A DNA stretch of 64,000 nt from Gekko japonicus (Eukaryota). Each line of letters begins with the position of its first letter. The first letter of the stretch is position 1. Location of the stretch: NCBI RefSeq assembly GCF_001447785.1, contig NW_015162474.1, positions 1,304,417-1,368,416 on the forward strand, in the 5' to 3' direction. Both the position numbers and the translations under genes were made by a program. Shown piece after piece: positions 14,011-26,500 of the stretch. The notes beneath the pieces were generated by a model. The model saw only the letters and a list, made by a program, of their open reading frames with translations. It did not search any database and was not told where the DNA came from.

Positions 14011-14886
14011 TGCTCATCACAGATAATCTCTGTAATTTGTTTGAACAGCATTTCCCCCTTAACCAGGAAATGTGAAGTATCGGGGATACTGCGTAGAGCT
14101 TCTGTGCTTCCAAGTCAAATGATATTTTTTTTTACATTTAACCCAATCTCTCAGTGAAACAGTGAAAATCTGTGCTACAATTCAGATGTGTTCTTTGGTC
14201 TGAGATCTTCAATTGTTTCTCTTGAATTCCCTGGTATCCTTTTCTCCTCCATTATATATAACCTGTGAGATCCACAAGCTACTCTCAGAGTTCAGTGAAA
14301 AACACAAAGGCAGCATCTGACAGTTGACTGTACCCTGCAAGTACTTATACCATCACACATTAATTAATATTTAGGGTACTAAAAGTTTCTATACATTTTG
14401 CTGCAACACTCATAGGGCTACCTCTCCAGGAATTTGTAAGAAAATATACCATGTGGAATTTTTTCTTGAAACACTTGTGCATTTCAGTCAGATCTAACAG
14501 CAAGTGGAGAATTCCAATTAATTTCTGCTTGCAATAATTAAATATTTTTAAAACATAGTGACTTGTAGTATCTTAATTGCAATTATGCATTTTTAGCCAT
14601 TAGAAGTAAACAGTGCTTGTGTGACCAGATGTCTGGGCATCTTCCTTGGATTCAGTACTCCATATTATCTAAATTCTAACCACTTCTACAAAAAGGACAT
14701 ATTTAGAGGTACTGTACTACTAAGGAAATCAATAGGTCAATTAATATATTTGAAATTTTTATTACAGAGTACTAACAACGAATAGAGGAGAGATATTGTT
14801 GTACACTGAAGTGGATTGGTCTCTGAAATAATATAAGTTAAATCAACAAAAGAATAATCACATGCCAGTTCTAGATATACTGACTC

Positions 14887-14892
14887 TTTATT
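14887..14892 (-). terminator. CCT2 polyadenylation signal AATAAA
   Basis: TTTATT on the + strand, 70 nt past the CCT2 stop codon. Confidence 0.7.
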
Positions 14893-14961
14893 CCACAAAA
14901 GTAACACAATGAAGTACTTTGCAAAGTTCTGGTCCATATGGTCTTATTGACGGCAGAATAC

Positions 14962-14992
14962 TTAACATGGGTAACGGTCTGGTACACGTTTC
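14962..14992 (-). CDS. CCT2: CCT2 exon 16 (KRVPDRYPC*)
   Basis: ttcag acceptor, TAA stop. Confidence 0.93.
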
Positions 14993-17525
14993 CTGAAAGA
15001 AGAACCAGAATTTAGTACGTGGATGTTTAAGGAGAAAACTATCTTTCCTTATATATAATTGAGTAATGGGGTGGCACTTTCTGAACATTCCACACACTCC
15101 TAAATCAGTTGGCTCCATGATCTGTCACTCAGAAGCTGTCCCTATCCACTGGCTGTGTTGCCTAAGTACCGCCCACAGTGCACTCCGTCAGCCGCCACTC
15201 AAGAGTACTCACGTGCCATTGGCCAGGTGCTGGGTCTGCTCCTCTTCCCCGCCCACTCCAGCCACTGTTCCCTGTCAGAATACACTCTCTCTCCTGAGAA
15301 AGACAACTTGCCTGCTTGGCTCCTCTGTGGGACTAATTTTTCTCTCAGTGGCTGTTGGTAGGCAACCAAGCTTGGTTTTGTCAGTAAAAAGACAAAGGAA
15401 CAAAACTCTTTCCATGCCTTTGTGAAGAACTCATTGGGGCCAGTCCTGACTAGGGTTGCCAGCTCCAGGTTGGGAAATTCCTCCTGAGTCCTTCTGCCTC
15501 CCCAACACTGCCCTCCGCAGGATCCACCCCCCAAATCTCCAGGTATTTCCCTACTCAGAGCTGGGAACCCTACTTTCCCCTCAGTGCCTGTTGCTAGGCA
15601 ACCAAGCTTGGTTCTGTCAGTAACAGGCCCTTTCCACAGCTATTTTGGCCTTTGGGAGAAAACTCATTGGAGCCAGTCCTGACTGGAGTTGCCAGCTCCA
15701 GGTAGGGATATTCTGTGTCTATGGAAGTCAGAGTCTGGGCAGGGGCCTCAGCTAACAGAATGCTATAGAGGCCACTGTCCAAAGCAGTTAATTTTCCCGG
15801 GGGGAGGGGGAGATCTGTTGTCTGGAGTTCAGTTGTGATACCTGGCGATCTTCAGGCTCCACCTGGAGGTTGGCTATCTTAGGTGTAGCAGTCAGCGCTT
15901 CAGAGCAGTGTCTGCTAGACCCAGGTTCTTGTGGCAGCTGACTGGGTGATTTTGGACCAGTCACAAACTTTCAGCCTAACCTACCTCACAGGGTCGTTGT
16001 GGAAGTCAAAGGGGGGGGGGAGAATGATGTAAGCTGCTATGGTCCCCATTGCAGCGAAATACTACTTTTCCTCCTGGGGAACCACTATTGCCAATCTCGA
16101 GGTGAGAGCTGGAGATCACTCAGAATTACAACTGGTCTCCAGATTCAGTTACCCTGAAGAAAATGGTGGACTCTGTGTCCTAATACTCTGCTGAGATACC
16201 CCCCCATGACAGCCAATGTGACGTAGCAGTCAGGGCTTCAGAGCATGGTAGAGGCTGCAGGTGTGTGTGTGGGAGACGGAAAGCTGAAGAGTGAGGGGCA
16301 GATAAAGGCAGGTTGATGCTTGGCTGGGAAGGAGACAGAGTTGCCAACTCCAGGTTGGGAAATTCCTGGAGACTTAAGGGGTAGAGCCTGGAGAGGGTGG
16401 GGTTTGAAGAGGGGTGGGACCTCAGATAGGTACAATGCCATAGACTCCACCCTCCAAACCAGCCATTTCCTCCTGGGGAATCACTGCCACTCTGGGGGAC
16501 CATTGCCAATCTCCAGGTAAGGGCTGGAGATCACTCAGAATTACAACTGCTCTCCAGGAGGGAGGGCAGAAGTCAGCTGAAGACAGAGGGGCAGATAACG
16601 GTAGGTTGATGATTAGCTGGGAAGGAGATGGGGTTGCCAACTCCAGGTTGGGAAATTCCAGGTGATTTGAGGGGTGGAGCCTGGAGAGGGTGGGATTTGA
16701 GAAGGAGTTAGACCTTAGGTAGAATGCCATAGATTCCACCCTCAAAACCAGCCCTTTCCTCCTGGGTATCAATTGTTGCCAATCTTCAGGTGAGGGCTGG
16801 ATTTTTACAACTGCTCTTCAGGTAGCAGAGATCAGTTCCTCTCGAGAAAATGCTGAGGTCGCCACAGCAAATTGACACTGAGTGTCCAAGGCCGGGGCAC
16901 TCTCCCAGAGCCTCTTTCTAGAGTTCGTTGTATTTATTTCCACAACGGGCCTTATTCCTAGTATTCCAAATATGTCCTAAAAATTCTCCAGTTTAATTTT
17001 GAGCAAATAAGCTTACCTGGAAGCACAGAGTGTAAAACCATAAAATCATTTCACAGACATCTATATCGTTATAAGCAATGCTCCCTCTACCTGTGGGGTC
17101 TTGTGAGCAAAAATTCTACTTTGTGAGCTACTGGTATTAAAGTTGTGAACGAGCAATTTGGCTACTGCATAAATTAGTTTGCTGTGGAGCCATCCTTCCT
17201 GAGCCAAGACAAAAATTTGTGAGCTGGAGGCTAAAAAACTGTGAGCTAGCTCACACTAACTCAGCTTAGAGGGAACACTGGTTATAAGATGTCCATTAAG
17301 ACATCTTATAAAGCAATTATTTTTTCTGTTAAAGTTTAAAGACATTCTCTCATAAGTTGTACCTTGGAGCTGCTTTGATGATGTCATCCACACGGAGAAT
17401 CACTTCTGCTGCTTCTGCAGCACTCAGCAACACTTGCCGTTTCACCTGAAAGCTTTCAATTACTCCCAGATTTCCCATGTCTGCAATGGCACCCTTCTTC
17501 ATGTCTTCAAGATATTAGAATAATA

Positions 17526-17570
<45 letters not shown>

Positions 17571-20500
17571 GTCTCCCCAAGGTAAAAAACCAGAATGGCT
17601 TTGCATATCATCATTTTGCATTCTCTACTTAGCCATATAAATCAAGTTTGTGCTTAGTGAAGCCCCACATGATTCTGGGATAACTTCACCAGAATCAAAT
17701 TAAGCACCTGATATACATTATCCACTTCACATGTTCTTTATCTCTTTTAAAAGAGCTGCATAAGTTCTTTGGGGCTTAATATTTAATGAAATTCAGGTCG
17801 ATTGGAAAGACTTGATTCTGTGTAATTTTTACTGTTGTCCTTGGACAGAACACCCTGCATCACAAGGAATTATTGAAACTCAAGCCTAGTAAGCCACAGA
17901 AACACAGAAGCATAAATTTCACTATAGAACCTATCTGTAAAGATCTCACCGAGTCCATATGTAGTTTTTCCTTCAATGTGAGCAGCTCGAAGCTGGGCAA
18001 CCAGATCTGCACTGTCATAGCCAGCATTATCAGCTATGATGGTTGGGAGCTAATAAAATAAAAAGGCTATTAGGGAATTTCTGAAGGAACATGCAGGTCA
18101 ATTACAATTTTTTTAAAAAATGAAAAATAGTCAAAAATCTTCACTAGCCTTGAATTTTACATGATTTTCTCTATATAATACACATTTTCAGACTTACTGG
18201 GTTTTATGTGCAAGGAGGGAACAGGGTTATTATAATTAATTTTTAAAAAATAGTATAATGTAGGATGCAGGATTTTTTAAAAACTAAGAACCACAAACGA
18301 GTCAGCTAAACCAGAAAAAAAACATTCTCACATGAACACACACATGAAGCTGCCTTACATTGATTTAGACCCTTAGTCCATCAAGATCAGTACTGTCTAC
18401 TCAGACTGGCAGCAACTCTCCATGGTCTCAGGCAGAGGTCTTTCACATCACCTACTGCCTGGTCCTTTCAATTGAAGATGCCAGGGACTGGACCTGGGAT
18501 CTTTTGCCTGCAAAGCAGAAGATTCTCCACTATGCCACAGCCCTTCTCCTAAATATGTAACTCAGGCATCATGGAAAAACTCCTTTGTTCATCACTGGTT
18601 TGTTGCCATGCTCACTTGCTCGCTCCCTCCACATGCTCATGCAGACAGCACGACTTAACGCCCCATCATGTTAGAAGCATTCACTTGAACCATAATTTTT
18701 ATATTTTAATTTATTCCTTCTGAAAACAGGTACGGAGGCAGGGAACATGCAAACAAGGACAGCAACAAGCCAGGCTTATGCTTGTTACGAACAGGGGTTT
18801 GTTTGCAATGTCTGAATACCACCACAGCATGTTTCCAATTCTGTTCACTTGGGTAAATAACATTACTGTCAGTTAGAGGCCAACTGCAAGCAAAATTCTG
18901 CTTGTGGAACAGGACAACCCCGCCTCTTCCCTACTGGAGCCCTCCTCATCTTGGAAAGTCACTTCTGTAACAGCTGGGTTTGATGCATGGAGGAATGTGG
19001 TGGGGGAAAAACAACAGCAGAAGAGATCAGGACACCACCTCCTCACGGTCTTCCCATGTTACTACCTCTGCAGCACCACAGCTGTATTCCTATACATACT
19101 GCAAGTACCTTTTCATCTTTATCATTCAAATATTATAAAACACTTGTTTTACAAAGAAAATTTATTCTACACCCCCAAATTGTATCAACTATGCAAAAAG
19201 CAGAATATTTTACTAAGTTAAAATATGAAATTTTTAGTTCCTATTCCATTGCTGCTACTGCCTCCACATACCCAGACTGTAATTAGTACTGCGGTTCTTG
19301 ACAAAATGTCACATTTTACAGCAGGAGGGGGAAATGAGGGAAGCTGGCTGCCAGCTTGAAGCATCCAGGCTGAGAGTTTCTGCTGCAGATGTTTAAAGCC
19401 AGGGCCAGGGCCTTAGCTAGATGAGACACTAATCTGGTGGACACCAACTCTTATCTACTTTTTAGCCTTGGGGGGGTTATACTGTGATATAAATTTGTTC
19501 AAAAGTGTATTTTTGTACACCATTTGGCTCCCCACTGGAGATAAAAGTGGGATTAAAATATATTAATATAAGTGCAATGATCACAATGATTTACAAAAAT
19601 AATTATTTCCAGACATACGTTACTTTGCTACAGAACGTACTACATCAAAATGAAGAATATACATCTCTGACAATCCATCAGTTTACTTAATAGAACAGAA
19701 ATAACTTTACTACACTTTCCCAAATCTCAAAGGATAAACAATCTCAGTTTAGTAACCCCCACCCCCGAAAACCAGAAGTCAGTCAGTGCAAGCAGCAGAA
19801 AAGAACCTGAAGACCAGAAATGAAAATAAACAGCCAATGGTGACGTGGCTGCAATCACTTTATCTCACAAGGCACCTATGTTGAGTTTCTGTTACTATAC
19901 AATGGGAGAAGTTTGGCAGGAGGAGAAGGCAGAAGGAAGAGGCAGGTTGTAGCGTTGTGGCTCTTCTCCTTTGTAATGTAACTCTGAGGTGGGTGAAGGG
20001 CACCACACCTTCAGGGGTCTGGACTGATAAATAAAGCAATCTGCATAAGGGAACAGTGACTCAAGGCCTTATGGACTCCAGGTATGATGTTCCCCCTGCC
20101 CCCAGAGGGCACTAAACATAGTTGTTTGAACTACAAGCTTGGAAGTGAGAAAAAAGATCTCATTTACAATAACCAATAACACACCAGAAACATAAAATTT
20201 ATGTAAATCACTTATCCTCATTTAGTTCTACAGACTTGCTCAGTAATTAACTGAACACTAACTTACCATTCTCAGGGCCTTGGCAAAAGACTCCATTGCC
20301 ACAGACTCTTTGCCTGGTGTTCTGCTTGCAAGCTCTGTGACAGCATTCGCCATTAGCATCTCAGAGCAGCCTGTAAGCAGAAACTAGAAATGTTAACAAG
20401 CAAGCAACAATTAAAGATATTTACATTCCCTTTAAAAATTAAAAGAAGGTTGAATATTCACCTCCACCATATACTGTTCTAGTATCTTTTATAGTCTGTG

Positions 20501-23500
20501 CAAGGACACAGAGAGCATCATGTAAAGATCTTTCCGCCTCATCTATGATCTGCTGCGTCGCACCACGGAGAACTATGGTACAAGCTTCACCTAAAGACAG
20601 CCAAGATTACAAAACAGCAGTTAATTCTAGTTAGATCAACCACTCAGAAATTTTTAATGTCCCAATATCTACCATGACCCAGTTCAAATGTTATTCTTGC
20701 AGCATGGTTGGCGCCCCACAATGACTGGGTCTCCCATTTCATCTGAATGTATGGGAAACTCTGCCTCATGGATTTCCTCCATCATGTAATGGAGTCCCAT
20801 GCAGTGTTCCCTCTAAGCTGAGTTAGTGTGAGCTAGCTCAGTTTTTTAACCTCCGGCTCACACATTTGTGTCTTCGCTCAGGAAGGATGGCTTCAGAGCA
20901 AACTGATCTATGCAGTAGCTGAATCACTCGCTCACAACTTTAATGCCAGTAGCTCACAAAGTAGAGTTTTTGCTCACAAGACTCCACAGCTTAGAGGGAA
21001 CATTGGTCCCATGTCCACCCCCCTCTCTCAAATGAGCAGATTCTGTCATGAAGAAGTATCTGCATAACCTGGCCACCCATAGTGGCAGAGGTGGAACTTC
21101 AAGAATTAACAGTGGGTTTGAGAAGAACTCCTTCGACTTGAAGGAGATCTTCTCAGCCTTCCCTTTCCCCCCAGATGAAGCCACCACAACCTACCCATAG
21201 CAACTCCAGAGAAGTGAATAAGTTTATCTTCACCAATCATAACTTCTTCAATAAGGTTGCAGGTCCCTAGCTTTACCAGCTCTGGGTGATCGAAGGTTGA
21301 AGCAATTTCACCACCTGTGAACGTAAATTTACATAGCTACTGGCTACTATAAAACACCTTTTAAAAACTTAATATTTTGTAGGATAAAAATCCACATCCC
21401 AAACTGCAGTGTACGCTGCTAAAACAAACACCATGAACTAACGTTATGTAAATCAATAAGAACTAGAAACTGAACGCTAGAGCTGAATTACGATCTTTCG
21501 TAGCTGGTAAGGTCTGTGGAGAGGCCTGGTTTGGCGGCAGCTTTTTTTTTTTTTTTTTGCCTCGAGATGTCAGATCATTTAATAAAGTGAAGACATTTGA
21601 ACAAAATCTGTCCATTGTTATGCCACAAAACTTGAATACCAGCAACTTAATATCTTCGAAAAGATTCACAGAACGAGGGATGTTTTGGATCTTTTCAGTG
21701 CTTGACAACTTTTTGTGTGTGTATTGTGTGTATAGCTCTGTCCAACCTGATAATGCATGAATCATTAGCCAGCTTCATAAGGAGCTTTAGGAGCTTAAAG
21801 TTATTTTTATAAGAATTTCCAGCTTCTCTTCCACAAGCCAAGAGAAGAAGAACAGCAAGGAAAAAATCTGTCCACTGTAGGATAAAAAGAATGGCTGGGA
21901 TCCATGGGGAGAATTTCCACCAGTTCTCACCAGTATGTTACATTGCACAGTATTAATAGGAAATATAGGAAAATCAGATTGCATGAGTGGAATCTGCAGT
22001 TCTTTGGATTCAAATCTATGTCTTTTAACTCTTAGGACACAGCCAAGTGCCTTCAGTTCACAGACAAGTTGAAGGACACCATTGCTCTAGCCTTTAAACC
22101 TCTAGATACACACAATCTTCAAGTACTACATTTTGCAGACATTTCATCCACTTCTGTTGTAGCAATTTCTTCACTGAACACTTTGAAATGACTGCAAATA
22201 CAAAGCCAAAAATCAACAATATGTTGGTCAACACCAACTCTTGAATAAATAATTTGTCACTGTACCTGTAACAAGAGCCAAACGTTCAACTCCAGCAAAA
22301 TCTGCATGTTCAATAGCCATAACACCTGCAGCAGCAAACAACTGTTCTGGGTAGTTATAGATCAACTGCCTGCAATTAAAATGAATGCATCATAATGTGG
22401 AAGAAAGCAGGCTTATTTTTTCTCTCTTTACAGAAAGATTTCATGAAGGCCCACACATACCTGTTGATAAAACAATTTATTCCATGCTTCAGAATACGCT
22501 CAACCTTCTCCTTCATTTTCTCTTTTTCAGCTTGTTCTATTTCTGCCACCTTTGCTGTAGAATCCACTCGTACACGGGATCCAAATATCTAAATTCAAGA
22601 ATCAAGACCAGGCAGCAATATTTCCTAAATTGTTTTTTTAATACACACTCACACTACATAAATAAAATACATGAACACCTGCATCTGCCTTCTACTGGCT
22701 GAGATCCTTCGTCCATCAAGGTCAATACTGTCTATTCAGAATGGCAGCAGCTCTCCACTGTCTCAGGTAGTTATGTCTCATCACCTACTGTCTGGTCCTT
22801 TTAACTGGAGATGCTGGAGGATTGAACCTAGGACCTTCTGCATGATGAGCAGATGCTCTACCACTGAGCCTTAGCCCCTCTCCCTCTCATAGTGTTTACT
22901 GTGCTATTTTGTGCAGCATTTTAATTGTTTATATTATTTTATTTGCTTGTAAGCTCTTGAGCTGCTTCAGTATAAAAAGTGGGCCAGAAATTAATTTTTT
23001 AAATGTAATTTTTAGTTTACTTATATTCCATATTCTGGCAGATCAAATGTAGCAAATGAAAGTGTTTTTACCTCCCCCCCCCATCACTCACCTTAATTTT
23101 ATCAGTATCCATGCCAGTATTTGCAATAAGTATCTTTGCATTTTCAATTCTTTTTGGCTGGTTTACTCCAATTTTTTTATCCAACAGAAAACCTGAAAGG
23201 GAAGACAAGAGGCAAACAGACTTACTTTACAACAGTAAACCTATTTGATACTTTCCATTTTGCAATTAATTGTATAACATTCATTTAGAAGAGAAATTAA
23301 AACAGGAAACTTTTCCTAACCCACTGCCTGAAACATCAATAGTTTTAGACTGTGGGAAATTAAAATACATATAGTCATGAAAAAAACCTCCCAGTGACAG
23401 TGTGGAAAAATATGTACACTGGAAATGGGTAACAAAGGTATAGCCAGAACACAAGAAAATAGTTAAGCATCCATCCTTGAGAAATCAAAGTTAAGACAGA

Positions 23501-26500
23501 TAAATGTTCAGAAGTATACAAAAGCTTACCCCTATGAAATTGTTAGTCCCTTGTGTGAAACCTGCGTAACTGTAAATCGCTCAGAGCCAGCAGCTCTGCC
23601 GGATTGAGCGATCAATAAATCGAAAGGTATTATTATTATTACAAAAGCTGACAGAAGCAGCCTTCTATCAAAATTAAAAACTGAAAGACTGAGCATTCCA
23701 AGGAGTACAAAGACAATAATTCACCAAGGAGCAGAAAACTGTAGGAAAAACCAAGTACAAAAATATTACTACCATTACTAATTATTTATTAACTTTTCAG
23801 TTGTGATTAGTTCACCTTCCCTTACATAAATAAGAAGCTGAGTCTCACAACCTAAGCCAATTTGCCTATTTTCTACTCAGCAGTACCATCCATGCAGCAG
23901 GGCAATAGGGACTCCAGATGTGTCCCTGCCATGTGCAATGCAGCGCATCTGTAACAAATGTGCAATGCAGCGCATCTGTAACATTTGGGGCATCCTCCAT
24001 GGAAGGAAAAACCTGGGGAGGTTTTTGTTCCAAGTGTTGCAATAACTTGTAATTCAGCAATTTCCATTTCCATTCTGTTCCTGAAGTTCCTTTGTAATAA
24101 AACAGCTACTCTGAGGTCACCCACTGAAAGTCCTGGAAGGTTGAAGTGTTCTCCTACAGGTTTCTCAGTATTGTGATTCCTGATGCCAGATTTGTGTCCA
24201 TTTATCCTCTGACGTAAGGTTTGTCCTGTTTATCCTATGTAGAGAACTGAAGGGTATTGTTGGCATATATAATGTTAGAAGATGAGCAAGTGAAGGAGCC
24301 TCTGATGGTGTAGTTGATGTTGTTAGGTCCAGTGATTGTGTTGTCTGGGTGTATATGACATTAAATGCCAACAATGCCCTTCAGTTCTCTACATAGGACA
24401 AACAGGACTCAACAGGGATATTGGTTTCTTATCTCATTATATATGCTAACTCATTCAGTTCTCACATATGTATTCTCATACAGAGGGACTATATATTTTC
24501 TGTATTTTAGCGTATTTCTTTTTCAGAATAGTATATTAGAATACTGAATGCAATACAAGGAATATTGGAATGTTTGGCTGACATAACACTGCTAAGTGAC
24601 CTCCACGCCTGAGAGGAGTGAATGGAAAGAATCAGTCTTATTTTGACATATCTATTGCTTTACAACTGTTGACCTGATAACCTTAGCTTGTTATTTAGTT
24701 CTTGTCTTCGCATATCTTAAAACATCATCATCATGTTACATCAGCTCGTCTATAAGTTTGAGCCTTACCTTCCATTCCAATGTATTTGAAAAAGTGCTGC
24801 GTGCACACGAAAGCTTGAATAAAACTTTGTTGGTCTTAAACATACCACTGGACTCTAAATTTGTTCATCTACATTGAGGCATGTTCCACTGCCAGGGGAG
24901 TTACTTCAGAGGTATTATCTGGGTAAAATACCTTATGTTGGGACTGATCTTCCAAGTGATTTATTTTTATACTTATTTAGTGAAAACTTGCTGTTGCAAA
25001 GAAAGACCATGAGGCAGTGGAAGAGCACACACCTAATATCTCCAATTAAAGAATTTCTGTTCTGACTCTGTATAAAGGAGCTTCATATAGTCACACTATT
25101 TACTACAAGAAGCAGTGACAAGGTTTCCACAGATGCCTTTTGCTCTCACAAGCAGCACACTGAAATGGCTAATAAGTGAAATGATACCTTCATCTAAATA
25201 AGAGTCTATCAAACTTCCTCCTAGCTTCTTGATGACATGAATGGCTTCCAGGTTCCCAGATCCCTTCAGTCTAAGGACAGCATCCACTGCAAGTTTAGTA
25301 AAGTGTTCTTTATGATGAGTAAGTAGTTTTGAAGACAGTGTTGTTTCTGCAATGTTCATCAGATCCTGTTGAAACTTGGCTTCATTAGCACTAAAAACAA
25401 GAAAAGCTGAACTTAGATTACATTTTATTAAAAAGTGGCCACTCCTCAAGTTCTACACATAAACAGCAAGGTGTTCAAGTCTACAAGAGCATCTACCTGT
25501 GTCACCAAGCCAGCCATTCCTAAAGTTTGAAGAAACTTCAGCACTTTCAACACACTGCAAACAGCTGATGTTGGAAACAATCAATAAGAATTTGCATGCA
25601 CCCCCTCTCTCATACACTGAACCTGCATATGCTTAAAAGGCAAACCCTACCCTCAAACCCTTCAGAAGGACCTTACAGCATTACACTGTATACATTCAAG
25701 AGGAACGAATTTAAAGCTATAGCTTATATATAGGCAGGCAACAGTATCATGCTCTTTCCTGAGAAACCATGTTTTTCCTTGCAAAAATGAAAGACTTCAG
25801 TAGCCTGGCAGTTAACAGCTATCAATATGGACAAGCAGTGCAAGAGGCCATTAATATATAAATAGTTCGTATGCTGTTAACTAAACTACACAATGTATTA
25901 CAAAGCACTGTTCTCAAATGCTGAGCTTTCCAGAACCCCAAAAGGTCTATGCATCCCTGGCAACAGGTTTTGTCTCTTCAACAAAACCTTTTTTCCCTTT
26001 CCTTATACCACACTTACCAAGGGTTCAAATTCTGACACATGCCAAAGTTTTTGAAATTTAAGATAATCTTACTGTACATACTGGCTGACTTCCTAGAGGA
26101 AGCTCTCTGGTGTCTACTGCAGATTTTGTAATGTTTTATCCACCAGATTTTAACACTCACAATGCTATTATTACCTCAACGATATTACCTCAAGTAATAT
26201 CAAATTCCACCTTTCAGGAAAGTAAGTAGTATTTAGCTCTTAATGCTGCTTGCCTCCCAGGTACAGATGTAAAACATCTGCACGTAAGCATGGCAGCTCA
26301 AGACAAAAAAGCCACAAGCCTGAGACACTAACCCATGATCCACTGAAGATTTCACCAATGCTTCTCTTGCTGCTTTTGTGGCTTCTCTCCAACCGGCAAT
26401 GATGGTTTGAGGATGAATCTTTCTTGCAATCAGTAACTCTGCCTCCTATTAACAATCCAGTTTACTTTAATAAGTCTGAAATGAAATACCTACAGCTTGT

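Noticed and set aside
21560-21790. Possible intronic C/D snoRNA or scaRNA in CCT2
   Set aside because: CTGA present, but no canonical RTGATGA box C with a terminal stem
23931-23984. 26-bp tandem duplication (and a 24-bp one at ~41541-41602)
   Set aside because: Isolated slippage-type duplications with no sign of function
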